DNA of 63,079 nt, counting the filler, from Octopus bimaculoides (lineage: Eukaryota), in NCBI RefSeq assembly GCF_001194135.2. It is 7 parts of 6 records of this genome, joined end to end, with 100 filler letters (N's around TTAATTAATTAA, not from the genome) between each part and the next. Parts side by side here need not be neighbours in the genome. Positions count along the whole stretch, not along the records: positions 1 to 16,417 come from NC_068987.1; 6 more parts are not named here. One strand, 5' to 3'. The stretch's first letter is position 1; each line of letters begins with the position of its first letter. This document shows positions 1 through 11,247 of this stretch, one piece after another. The notes under the pieces were generated by a model. The model made no database searches and was not told the DNA's origin. It saw only the letters and a program-made list of their open reading frames with translations. A program made the translations under genes and the position numbers.

Positions 1-32
1 TAAGTACCAGTTAAATTCTAATTAATTGACCA

Positions 33-110
33 ATCGTGGTACTCCGTCGGTTACGACGATGTGGGTTCCAGTTGACCCGATCAACGGAACAACCTGCTCG
101 TAAAATTAAC
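33..110 (-). mobile_element. SINE family B, 3' tail fragment
   Basis: Reverse complement matches the tail of the full copies at 3515-3880 and 12174-12560 (gagcaggctgttccgttgatcggatcaactggaacc...gtcgtaaccgacggagtacca). Confidence 0.8.
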
Positions 111-322
111 TCTTTCTACTATAAGCACAAGGTCTGAAATTTGAAGGGAGGGGGCCAGTCGATTAGATCGACCCCAGTGCGCAACTGGTACTTAATTCGT
201 CGACCTCGAAAGGATGAAAGGCAAAGTCGACCTCGGCGGAATTTGAACTCAGAACGTAAAGACAAACGAAATACCGCTAAGCATTTCGCCTGGCGTGCTA
301 ACGATTCTGCCACCTCACCGCC
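111..322 (-). mobile_element. tRNA-derived SINE family A, near full length
   Basis: Minus strand reads ggcggtgaggtggcagaatcgttagcacg (A-box-like), ttctgagttcaaattccgcc (B-box-like), gtcgactttgcctttcatcctttcgaggtcga, and ends gtagaaaga. About 15 further copies occur in the window. Confidence 0.88.
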
Positions 323-687
323 TTATGCTCGTGAGATTATCGTGCAAGCAGGGCCGTTGCTAAGCTCCTGCAACCACTGCAGGGGGCCTAAGCAGTTGAT
401 GGGGCTCATATTAAGATCAGAGTATTTTGAGAAGTCATTTATTTATTTTGGTTAAGATGTTGAACAAGAATTAAACCATCCATGTTAACTGAAAATTTCA
501 AGAAATAAAATGGTAATACATTGTATCTGCAAAAGTTCTTGTAAAAATATAACATTGTACCACGAACGTGTACCAGACTTTGTGGATTGTCTATGATATC
601 TATTGAACACGAACTTAGCTCTCAGTTTGATTATTCTGAACTGATCGATGATTTCGGGTAGCGAAAAGAGCGCCATGTTTGTCTTTG

Positions 688-795
688 AAAGTTGCCTGGA
701 CTACGGCAGAATTTTAACCCTGAATGTAAAGACGGACGAAATGCTGCTAAGCATTTTGTTCGGCATGCTAACGATTTTCCCAGCTTGCCGCCGTA
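688..795 (-). mobile_element. SINE family A, 5' part
   Basis: Matches the head of the 111-322 copy (gacgaaatgctgctaagcattttgttcggcatgctaacgatt...gccgcc). Confidence 0.75.
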
Positions 796-812
796 ATTGG
801 GCCAATAATAAT

Positions 813-1087
813 CACACACACTGGTTCTAATTTACTTCTTTATTATTCTATTTGTCAATTGGTTAACCATTTAACTAATTAACTAATTGACTGTTTGATT
901 AATCGTTTGGTCAATCAATCGGTCAATCGATAAGCCGCCAGAGATACAACAATGGAAGTATCATAATATATGCGTAAGTGCACAAGTGCTGTTGTGTGTA
1001 TGTGTGTGTGTGTATGCGTGTGCGTGCGTATGTGTACGCGCGCGTGGAAATCTGGCTGTTTTTGTTGTTGTTTTGTGTGCGCCTATA

Positions 1088-1136
<49 letters not shown>

Positions 1137-1392
1137 ACTCAGCAACAGCTGGGCTGAATATCCAATTTGGACGAATGCACAAGGCTTAAGCTGACGGTGT
1201 TGGTGTGATTCTTGACAAAATGTATGCGCTGCGTTTGTCCCCCAAGCGATAGATGAATCGATTTTTGGTAGTCCTCTAAGGGTCCTTGGTAGAAATGTTA
1301 TCAAACTCGATACAGCCATATATCTATAATGGAAAAGTAGTTATTCCCTAAATCGAGCTGACCACACACTCTTTCTCTTTCTNNNNNNNNNN

Positions 1393-1440
<48 letters not shown>

Positions 1441-2152
1441 CGCGCACAAATACACATACAGCATATATGTATGATGTATGTTTGTGTGCATATGCACGCA
1501 TACATACCTGCTCATACACACACAAGTACATACAAATACACACATACATACACACATACACACACAAACATAGACATAGTATGACAGAATAACAGACAGA
1601 ATATTAATCGTATTTCGTTTATTTCGTTCTCATTACGATCGTTTCTACATTTTTTAAACATATTTCTAATACGACACAAACGCACATTTGTGCTACACAC
1701 GCGCGCGCACACACACACACACCCACACACACCCACACACACACACACAAATACACACACACAAACAAACAAACACACACACAGAATCACATACATACAC
1801 ACGTACATATTCACCAGCCGTGCACACATGCACAAAAGCGCACTCAAGCACACCCAGACATTTTTTCTTTCTCTCACTCCATCCCTTTCTCACATAAAGT
1901 CTCACCTCAAAATGATATAAATACAAATATAGAACTTGTAAACGAGGAGACAGCCAGACAGGCCCGAAGCAGAGCTAGAACAGAGTTGGAGTAGAGCTGA
2001 CATGTCATTGTTGAGATTGCGAATGGCAGTGAAAGAATTTTGACAAATTTGATTTATTTATTTAGCGATCGATTAATCAGACACTCGATTAGTTAATTGG
2101 TTAAATAATTAGCTAATTGACAAATAAAGAAGTACAATAGAACCAGTGCGTG
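813..2152. mobile_element. Foldback / long-TIR non-autonomous element with microsatellite-rich interior
   Basis: 813-905 aligns in inverted orientation with ~2065-2152 (cacacactggttctaatttacttcttta...gtcaattggttaaccatttaactaattaactaattgactgtttgattaatcg versus its reverse complement). Interior has (TG)n on the left and (CA)n on the right. Confidence 0.6.
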
Positions 2153-2371
2153 GTTACCCTCCCGAGGTACACTAAGTCAATCCTCCTGCTTGTTTGCCTG
2201 AATTATATGTTGGATTATCAACACGTCTGTCTGTGTTTTAATTAAAACACACCGCCTCTGTGTTTTAATTATTCAGTTTGTAAACTTTTTTGTATCGAGT
2301 CTACAAGTAATGTCTTCTTTGCGGTCAGACGATCCATCAGAAATAACAGACACTACTATTTAATAAATAAT

Positions 2372-2480
2372 CTTTTCTACTATAGACAAAAGGTCTGAAA
2401 TTTGTGGGGAGGGGCTAGTAGATTATATATCGACCTCAGTGCGTAACTGGTATTCATTTCATCGAGCCCCATGCGATGAA
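2372..2480 (-). mobile_element. SINE family A, 3' half
   Basis: cttttctactatagacaaaaggtctgaaatt...atcgacctcagtgcgtaactggta matches the family A tail. Confidence 0.75.
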
Positions 2481-2604
2481 GAGTGCAGATTGTCTCATGT
2501 AGTCATGGATATAATGAGTCTGAATAAACGATGGTTTGGATGCAACTTGAACGACTTCGGCTAGAAATTAGTCCAGTCAGAACTGATCTGCGATCAAGCA
2601 ATAA

Positions 2605-2900
2605 ACATCAACGAGCAACACCAACAACAGCAACAATAACAATAACAGCAACAATAACAATAACAGCAACAATTGCAAAAGCAGCAGCAGTAGCCATAGC
2701 AGCGCTAGCGTAGTGTAGAGGAGGGGGCGTTCCGCCCCGGGCAGCACTTTTGGGTCTGCTGTAAGCAATATATGTTTTTTGTGGGGTCCGGGGGCGGCAA
2801 ACGGAAGGGCCGCCCCGAGCAGCACACACTCTAGCTATGCTAGTGCATAGCAGTAGCAACAGTAGCAGCAGTAGTAGTCTTAGCAACAGCAACAGCGACA
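2605..2900. repeat. (AAC/AAT/AGC)n trinucleotide tract interrupted by a MITE
   Basis: Direct reading of the sequence. Confidence 0.85.
2703..2845. mobile_element. hAT-type MITE with 8-bp target-site duplication
   Basis: Imperfect TIRs cgctagcgtagtgtagag / ctctagctatgctagtg. Exact 8-bp direct repeat CATAGCAG at 2695-2702 and 2846-2853. GC-rich ccgccccg subterminal motifs. An 8-bp TSD is typical of hAT. Confidence 0.7.
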
Positions 2901-3514
2901 TCTCAGTCTCTTAGTTTGCTTTTCAATCAGAGACTAATTAATTTTCTCGCTCAGTTTGTTAATTGGATAATTTAAACTAAAGGTAGTGAAGCCAATGACA
3001 ACATAAAGAATACCAGAACAATTATAACAACCTTACAATACTTAGTTGCACTTCTAATTTCTCACATAAAATTTCTGTCAAAATTTCGCCAGCGTCAATT
3101 TTTTCAGCAGATTCAATTGACTTCGCCTTAATTGATTCCTAAATTGACTTCATCTTAGTTGAGAGAAATCAATTTCAATACATCAACAAAAAAGCGCTTG
3201 TAACTAAAAGATCAAAATATATTCGACCAACTCAATTTGTATTGTATATTATTTCTATTTATTTATTTTTCTTTTTCTGTCAGACAGACGACAGCATTCT
3301 TGACAATTTTCGGTGAACGGAAATAAAGTTACAGAGGAAGAAAAAAATAAAGTTATTGAAGAAGTCACAATAAGAAAAGTCGTAAGTTCGGCTTGGGAAG
3401 AAAATCAAAGTCACAGGAAAACATATCACCTATCATTTAAATACCGTAAATAATAGCTAAAATAATTGGACAATATTTTAGGGAGCTTATTAACTGATAA
3501 TACACGGTGTGTTA

Positions 3515-3880
3515 GCGGAGGTGCAATGGCCCAGTGGTTAGGGCAGCGGTACTCGCAGTCGTGGGATCGCGGTTTCGATTTCCTGACCAAGTGTTGTGAG
3601 TGTTTATTGAGCAAAAACACCTTAAAACTCCACGAGACACTGGCAGGGTGTGGTGGCGAACCCTGCTGTACTCTTTCACCACAACTTACTCTTTCTTCCT
3701 GTTTCTGTTGTACCTGTATTTCAAAGGGCAAACCTTGTCACGCTGAATCTCCCCGAGAACTACGTTAAGGCTACACGTGTCTGTAGGGTACTCAGCCACT
3801 TGCACGTTAATTTCACGATCAGGCTGTTCCGTTGATCGGATCAACTGGAACCCTCGACGTCGTAACCGACGGAGTACCAT
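3515..3880 (+). mobile_element. tRNA-derived SINE family B, full length
   Basis: tRNA-like head ggtgcaatggcccagtggttagggcagcggtactcgcagtc...ggtttcgatttcct, with body and tail shared with 12174-12560 and 15853-16230. Confidence 0.88.
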
Positions 3881-4025
3881 ACAGTGTGTATGTAATGATA
3901 ACACAATGTATATAATGACATTTTATACGTATAAATGTAATTCTTGTTCCGATTACTTCTTTCCCTTGGTTTTTAATTTTCAAGTTTTCTGTGACTGGTG
4001 AGAGGAAGAACGGAAGTTGTAACCA

Positions 4026-4628
4026 GACGAAATGAGATGATTTGGTACAGCTGTTTGGGCGCAGACGATTTGGCACGGTTGATTGGACATTCTGACTGTT
4101 TTGTTGACAGTACATCTTGGCGCGGGAGCCACACACACACACGCACATATACGCTTACCTACGCACGTACGCACAGAAATGTTGACATGCAGATAAAAGG
4201 AGTGAGAGAAGTGAGGAAAGAAAGAATTTACTATTTACTAATTAAACACACATGACATAAACACTCTCCCTCTCTTTATACACATCAGGAGAAATAAGTT
4301 AATAGAGAGAGAGGGGGGTAAGAGAGAGAATATCGCAATTCATGAAATACGATTAACATAAACATTTTCCCCTCTCTCCATACACATAGAAATATGCTCG
4401 CACACATAAACAGAGAGAGAGAAAGAGAGGGAGAAAGAGAGGGAGAAAGAGAGAGATAGACAGACAGGTGAGGAAAGAGAGAAAGGAGAGAGAACGAGAG
4501 AAACATCAAAACGAGAAAGTCATTAAAATGTCTGGTGTCAAATAGTCAGCATCGAATCAGCTGCGCCAAAACGGCTGTGCCAAAACGGCTGTGCCAAAAC
4601 GGCTGTGCCAAAACGTCTCATAGCCGTC
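4026..4628. mobile_element. Foldback-type element whose TIRs contain 14-bp tandem subrepeats
   Basis: Right end has about 4 copies of ggctgtgccaaaac (4561-4614). Left end atgagatgatttggtacagctgtttgggcgcag is its degenerate reverse complement. Interior is (CA)/(GA) repeat. Confidence 0.5.
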
Positions 4629-5774
4629 GTTAAATCAGAGACCAGACCCGGATGTTTTGCAAGTTAGCTGATTTCGCTAAAACTGACCAATGACTGAATG
4701 GTGGTGTAAAACACGATGACGTATGGAGTCTCTCTCTGTCAACCGAAAATAGGAACGGTCCTTACGACGAAATCCCACACAATTTCCGTTACAAAATTCT
4801 TCACACGTGTCTTTGATTGACCCAAATATTAAGCAGTAGACGCTTGCCGAAGATGACGCGCAGTAGGAGTGAAATGGATGCGATCTTTCCAACACCACAC
4901 TCACATCTGTTTTATTTAGGAAGTGAAGTGCTTAACCATACAGCTATATTTGAACTCAACAGTATAACATCCGACAAAATAAGCTGAAAACACGGACTAT
5001 GAAGATTAGTTTTCTATCTTTTCATCAGTTTACGTCATCACAGTGCGCGTGTGCAAAATACATCGAGTAGGATTGATGCTTCTTCACGTATCTGATATAC
5101 CTTTCATTATATTATGTCTGTTGATATTTCTGTCACGAAGATATTTTCATCCTTTGTCACTAAATGAAAATCTTCATGCGTCTGCATATTCGGATGTTAC
5201 ATGTCTCTTCACTTCCTACAGTATTTTGAAGAGAATTAATATATTAAATGAATTTGTTAATCTCCCATTCAAAGAAACTGACTCCTATTATTCCGTATGA
5301 CACAATGATGCATCTATGTTATGTGTGGAATAAATTGGCTTTTCTCTTCCCTGTATCACAAAAACAAGTAAACAAATAAATACATAAATACATAAAAATA
5401 GAAAGAGAAGTAGTTCTAATCCTCTGTGTGCATTATTATATAAGTATTATTCTGGTGTGTGTTGATGTCTAAATAGATTTACTTATACCATATAACTTTC
5501 ATGTAAATAAACTGGAAAAAAAAAATCAAGAGCAAATAAATTATATTTAATTTCCTGGGAGGAAGAAGATCTATTTTATAGGTAGTTAATTGCGGAGTAC
5601 CATAATGCAATGAAACCAAAATAGTATTTAAGGAAATAAAATTACATTTGTAATGACAATTTTGTCAAGGAAGGCAAGGGAGAAGACTCTGTGATTTAAA
5701 TTGATTAAAACCTACTAGATTGACTTAGCATGGGGATTTCATTCTAACGTATTACTATTATTTGATGTTACCAA

Positions 5775-5993
5775 AGCGACAAACTGGCAGAATTGTCAGC
5801 ACGCTGGACGAAATGCTTAGCGGTATTTCGCCTGTCGCTCCGTTCTGAGTTCAAATTCCGCCGAGGTCGACTTTGCTTTTCATCCTTTCGGAGTCGATAA
5901 ATTATGCACCAGTGAAACACTGAGGTCGATGTAATCGATTTTCCCCCTCCCACAAAATTGCAGGCCTTGCGCCTAGAGTAGAAACGGTGATTT
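5775..5993 (+). mobile_element. SINE family A, full length
   Basis: aactggcagaattgtcagcacg...ttctgagttcaaattccgccgaggtcgactttgcttttcatcctttcggagtcgataa...gtagaaac. Confidence 0.88.
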
Positions 5994-6080
5994 GGTCTTA
6001 TCGCTTCTCTATGGAGTATTGAAAGACAAAGTTAAACCGAGTAGGATTTGAACTCGGAAACTGGAAAGACTAAAATATTC

Positions 6081-6682
6081 TTTCTTCTTCTATTTGGCAC
6101 AAGGCCAGTAATTGTAATGGACAGGAGCTCAACTGGAATTCATTTTACTAACCTCAAAAGGGGGAAAGGCAAAATTGACTTTGACAGTATTTAAACCCCG
6201 AGCGTCGTGTGGGAAGGGCATTTCGATCGACGTGCTAATGAATCTGTCAGCTCGCCTCCTCTTCAAAAATTAAAATATTTCATACTACTATAGATACAAG
6301 GCCTGAAATTTGGAGAAGGGGACAAGATGATTCCATCAACACCAGTGTCCGATAGCGCTTATTTTATCGACCGGGAAAGAATGATAGGCAAAGCAAACCA
6401 CGAAAGAATCTAAACGTAAAACCGAAAGCATTTTTTCCGGTGCCTTTAGAAAGACTAAAATATTAGTTTCAAATTTTGGCACAATGCCAGCAATTTCGGG
6501 GAGAGGGGAGTAAGTTGATTACATCACCCCCAACGATCAATTGGTACTTATTTTATCGACCCCGAAAGGAGGAAAGTGAAAGTCGACCTCAACAGAATAT
6601 GAACTCAGAACGTAGAGACGGACGAGATACCGCTAAGCTCTTCGCCCGACATACTAAAGATTCTGTCAGCCCGCCGCCTTAT
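6081..6682 (-). mobile_element. Three head-to-tail SINE family A copies (about 6083-6257, 6283-6445, 6465-6680)
   Basis: Each segment repeats the ggcacaaggcc / atcgaccc..aaagg..gaaaggcaaa / gcatttt...tgctaa modules in the same orientation. Confidence 0.8.
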
Positions 6683-6695
6683 ATAAAATCAAATA

Positions 6696-6917
6696 CAGTA
6701 ATCCCTCGACTATCGCGTGTGTTACATTCCAAGAACTCTCGCGATAGTTGAAAATCCGTGAAGTAGAAACAGTACTGTACTGTATTTCTTTTTTCATTAT
6801 TTTTATAATCTGTATATATTTATTTTATTATAAATGCAAAACAATACCACAGAGGAATCGATGTAAGTTTAATTACAAACCGCGATCAGTGAACCGCGAA
6901 ATGGCGAGGGATTACTG
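6696..6917. mobile_element. Tigger/pogo-type (Tc1/mariner superfamily) MITE
   Basis: Perfect 13-bp TIRs CAGTAATCCCTCG / CGAGGGATTACTG, flanked by TA at 6694-6695 and 6918-6919. Internal cgcgatag/ccgcga motifs. Confidence 0.85.
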
Positions 6918-6921
6918 TATT

Positions 6922-7109
6922 GATTTCAAATTTTACCACAAGGGCAGCGATTTCGGGAGAAGTCGATAACATCGACCCCAGTGTTCAACTGGTATTTATT
7001 TCATCGACCCTGAAAGGATGAAAGGTAAAGTCGACCTTGGCAAAGTTTGAACTCAGAACAAAGACAAACGAAATGCTGTTAAGCATTTTACCCGGCATGC
7101 TAACAATCC

Positions 7110-7150
<41 letters not shown>

Positions 7151-7362
7151 CCTTTCTTCTGTAGGCACAAGGCCTGAAATTTGTAGGGAGGGGACTAGTC
7201 GATTATATCGACTCCAGTGTTCGACTGGTATTTATTTTAGCGAGCTCGAAAGGATGAAAGGCAAAACCGACCTTGGCAAAGTTTGAACTCCGAAGGTTAG
7301 GACGGACGAAATACTGCCAGGCATTTTGTCCAGAGCGGTAGCAGCTCTGCTAGCTCACCGCA
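6922..7362 (-). mobile_element. Two head-to-tail SINE family A copies joined by a (TAA)n tail
   Basis: Copies at about 6922-7110 and 7150-7362, with (TAA)n at 7110-7150. Confidence 0.85.
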
Positions 7363-8098
7363 TCAATTATTGATATTAGTTACGTAGAGTAGAACAACCG
7401 CACCTTATTTCTCAACAGAAAACAATAGATGAAACTTGAGTAGGCTGAGGTTTAGTATGAGAGCTTACATCAATTGTATCAGATGAGACTCTTAATTGGA
7501 GGCTTTGTTGGTGAGAAAAAGCTTCTTGTAAGCCAAAGAACAATTACTGGCAGATAGATATAAAGCAAACAAGAGGCAGAATATTAAATTTCACTTGAAT
7601 GTGCACTTGGAAGTGTTTTAACGTTTTCAACAGTGGAAAAACTAAGTCAATAAACATAACTGTATTTCTTGTTCTTTCTTTTCAGCAACAAAATAAACAG
7701 AGAACACGAACCCATTCCATTAACTTTCCTAATAACACCTGGATTTGAAACAGCAACAATTCCAAATACGAGTGAAAATAAAGAAAAGATACACGAGTTG
7801 AAATAAAAACACAAGTACAGGTGTTCCCGTAAGAAATAAAACTGCATTGAGAAAGAGAAAGCATCCATTCATGCAACGAATGATATAAAAAGACAGGAAA
7901 CGTGACTCAGAAGATAAACAGTATAGCGCAATTCATTAAACTAGTTAACAGGGTGTGTACTAAGTCATACCAAACCGCCATTTCTAAAATGAGCAGATGG
8001 TGTACACTTGATGTAGTTCAGCTTCTTCTACACACACACAAGCCATATATATATATACATATACACCCATATCCTATCCTGTTCTGTTCACTCTACTC

Positions 8099-8135
<37 letters not shown>

Positions 8136-8227
8136 TACATACATGCAGATAACAAACACACGTGTAGATAATCAGTTCGAAAAAATTCCCGTATTCCAAT
8201 AGCAGTAAATAATAAGGATAAATATTT

Positions 8228-8247
8228 ATCTATGGCTAGTAGTAGTG

Positions 8248-8283
<36 letters not shown>

Positions 8284-8545
8284 CGATAGCGTCAATTATT
8301 TTTCGTAATCAGAGACAACCATAAGTTGTTGGTCAGTTTTTCTAACTTCAAAGGAGAAAAGACTACGAAAACATCTAATAACATTCAGGAGTTCTGCTGC
8401 TGCTGCTGTTGTTATTGTTGTTGTTCTTGTTGCTGCTGTTGTTGCGACTGCTGCTGCTGCTGCTGTTGTTGTTGTTGTTGTTGCCGTTGTTGCGGCTGCT
8501 GCTGCTGTTGCTGCTGCAGCTACTGCTGCTACCCCTGCTATTATT
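8228..8545. repeat. (TAG)n and (TGC/TGT)n trinucleotide tracts
   Basis: Direct reading; explains the poly-Cys and poly-Ala ORFs. Confidence 0.9.
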
Positions 8546-8546
8546 G

Positions 8547-8657
8547 CCAGCAATTTAGGTGAAGGTAAGTCGATTACATCGACCCCAGCACGCAGCTGGT
8601 ATTTATTTCATCGTCCCCGAAAGGGATGAAAAGTAAAGTCGACCTCAGCGGAATTTG
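8547..8657 (-). mobile_element. SINE family A, 3'/central fragment
   Basis: gtcgattacatcgaccccagcacgcagctggtatttatttcatcgtccccgaaagggatgaaaagtaaagtcgacc. Confidence 0.8.
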
Positions 8658-8856
8658 TATAAACATAAATAAACTGAAATAATAACACCGTATTTGGTGG
8701 CACAGAGGAGGCACGGGCGTATTAGACGCCACCCTATTTTCAACACCACGTAATAAAGGGTCGGGGAAAGGAGATTTCAGTGCATGCCATCAAATCTGCC
8801 ATCAACTAGAAGTTATAATTGGGGTCGTCCTTATAATATTTATTATTTAATAGCCT

Positions 8857-9057
8857 TGTGGAGGCGCGTGGCTTAGTGGTTAGGGTGTTGGACTCGTGGT
8901 CGAAAGATTGTGATTTCGATTCCTGGATTCGTGTTGTTTTCTTGAGCAAAACGCTTCATTTCACGTTGCACCAGTCCACTCAGCTGCGACAGGCCGGTGT
9001 CCCGTCCAGGTGAGGAATATATACGCCATTGAAACCTGCATGGCTTGAGAAGGAATT
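8857..9057 (+). mobile_element. tRNA-derived SINE, family B-type head with an alternative body and tail
   Basis: gtggaggcgcgtggcttagtggttagggtgttggactc...ttcgattcct, then ttcttgagcaaaacgcttcatttcacgttg and gtcccgtccagg. Confidence 0.7.
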
Positions 9058-9060
9058 TTA

Positions 9061-9213
9061 AGGCGGTGAGCTGGCAGAAACGTTAGCACAGAGGACGAAA
9101 TGCTTAGCGGTATTTCGTCTGTCTTTATGTTCTGAGTTCAAATTCCGCCGAGGTCGACTTTGCCTTTTATCCTTTCGGGGTCGATCAAATAAGTACCCGT
9201 TGAACACTGAGGG
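9061..9213 (+). mobile_element. SINE family A, running into an assembly gap
   Basis: aggcggtgagctggcagaaacgttagc...gagttcaaattccgccgaggtcgactttgcc. Confidence 0.88.
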
Positions 9214-9456
9214 NNNNNNNNNNNNNNNNNNNNNNNNNNNNNNNNNNNNNNNNNNNNNNNNNNNNNNNNNNNNNNNNNNNNNNNNNNNNNNNNNNNNNNN
9301 NNNNNNNNNNNNNNNNNNNNNNNNNNNNNNTTCGAGGTTGATAAAATAAGTACCAGTTTGCATGGTAGAAAACACATGCCGAAAAAATACGCATAGTGAG
9401 TTCGAACCCAAGACCACGAAGTTTCAAAGAGAATTTCTGAATTTCACAATCATGCC

Positions 9457-9752
9457 TGTGGAGAAACATGGCCTAGTGATTAGAGCAGCGGACTCGCGGT
9501 CGATAGATCGTGGGTTCAAATCTCAGACCGGGCGATGTGTGAGTTTATGAGCGAAACACCTAAGCTCCACGCGACGTCAGCAGAAGGTAACGGCGAACTT
9601 GTGCTGACTCTTTCGCCATAACTTTCTCTCATTTTTTCCTCCTGCATCTAGCAGCTCACCTGCGACGGACCGGCGTCCCATCCAGGTGGGGAACCTATAT
9701 GCCCGGGAAACCGGCGTTTATGAGCCAAGCTTGCCTCGAGAAGGAACAAACA
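9457..9752 (+). mobile_element. tRNA-derived SINE, family B head with an alternative 3' part
   Basis: Head catggcctagtgattagagcagcggactcgcggtc...ggttcaaatctc. Tail gcgacggaccggcgtcccatccagg...ggaaaccggc resembles that of 8857-9057. Confidence 0.75.
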
Positions 9753-10852
9753 ACACAATCGTACCTAGAACCGATTCACTTAAAGAAGTATTATACAGAC
9801 CTCACTGAAACATTGATTTCATTTGATAGCCATAATTTTAGAAAATGCAATTGAGATACATTAACTTTCATGTTTGTCTTATCACCGTAGCAGACTATTT
9901 GAAATAAAAGGGGTTTTTTTTTTTAAGGGAAAATGAACTAGAACAGGGCTGTGATCTAGGTTTTGAGAGAATGTAATCCTCTTAGGCGGTGAGCACCATT
10001 AGTGATTTTTTTCAAAAACTATGCTTTTAGGTACGCACCGAGTTTGATAATTAGAAAAGAAACAAACTACTCGAAGAAAAGGCTAGCCACAAGAGGACCA
10101 AGAAAGTAAGAACACACAACTCAGACAATTATAACATGAAACTAACCCTTTATCTTTCCAATTCATTTTCTTAACTTTGTTCTAAACATCGAAGTATGTT
10201 TTCAGACTTTAGTTCCTGTTTCATACCTTCTGAATAACATTAAGGTTTTCTTTCAAAAGTTTCAAATTACTCTTGTGGGTGAAAAAAAAAAAATGAAAAT
10301 TAGGAATATGTATTGTATATGATGCATGGACGCCAGAGAAATGTGACTTGTGTTTCACATGTGATCCACAGAAGAGACAACGGGTAAAGTTAACTAATAC
10401 ATCTATGTCTGGGCATCATAAACTGTATTGTCTGAATGTTAAAGTTAGATTATATAGCTTTATACATTTCCAACAACAAAAACGTAAATGATATATCAAA
10501 TAATTGGACAACGTGTTCACTACTTCACTGGTATACGTGCAAATACAATGCAATCTAATGCCGTGAAGTTTCAAGCATTTAGCTGTCAGCCGTCTAACAC
10601 ATTGCAGCCTAGATGCACAAAGTCAGATATCAAAACCTATATGAGATCTGATGGGAAAGAGTGGGTATTATAATGAGTAATGACGCATCGTTTTGCGCAT
10701 ATGATTAAAAACAGCAGCGTGCAGACGATTGGCAGGATGGATCTCGAAAACACCGAGAACAAAAGAACAATAGGTCCGTTGAGGAGCATGTGAAAGACAC
10801 TTATTTTCAAATGTGTGGGAAATTTCTCACAGCCATTGTCTCTTCATAATGA

Positions 10853-11150
10853 CCTTCCTACTATAGGCAGAAGACCTGAAATTCGGAGTGGGGATGGGGG
10901 CTAGTCGATTACATCGACCTCAGTACTTGACTGGCAAAATTAACCTCAGTGACATTTGAACTCAGAACGTAAAGATGGACGAAATACCGCTAGACATTTT
11001 GCCCGGCGTGCGAACGCTCCTGCCACCTCGCCGCTTTATAATACTCTTTCTATTATGGGCAGAAGATCTAAAAGTTGGAGGAGGGGAATAGTCTATTACA
11101 TTGACCCCAGTACTCAACTGGTACTTATTTTATCGACCCTCACCGCCTTA
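10853..11150 (-). mobile_element. Two partly deleted SINE family A copies
   Basis: cctactataggcagaagacctgaaatt...tttgaactcagaacgtaaagatggacgaaataccgcta, plus a second tail at 11043-11150. Confidence 0.8.
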
Positions 11151-11247
11151 TAATATCAAGATCATTATTGAACTGGAAAGAATTTAATGACCCTACATAT
11201 ACAGAATTGTTTTTATACTATCCGATGAATTACTGGGAAGTGTCTAC

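Noticed and set aside
340-415. Possible hAT MITE starting cagggccgttgcta
   Set aside because: Only one terminus is visible, with no matching TIR or TSD.
3515-3590. tRNA genes at SINE heads
   Set aside because: A- and B-box-like motifs are present, but they continue into SINE bodies, lack a complete cloverleaf or acceptor stem, and recur as diverged copies.
4561-4614. CRISPR-like direct repeats
   Set aside because: The 14-bp units are contiguous with no spacers, the context is eukaryotic, and there are no cas genes.
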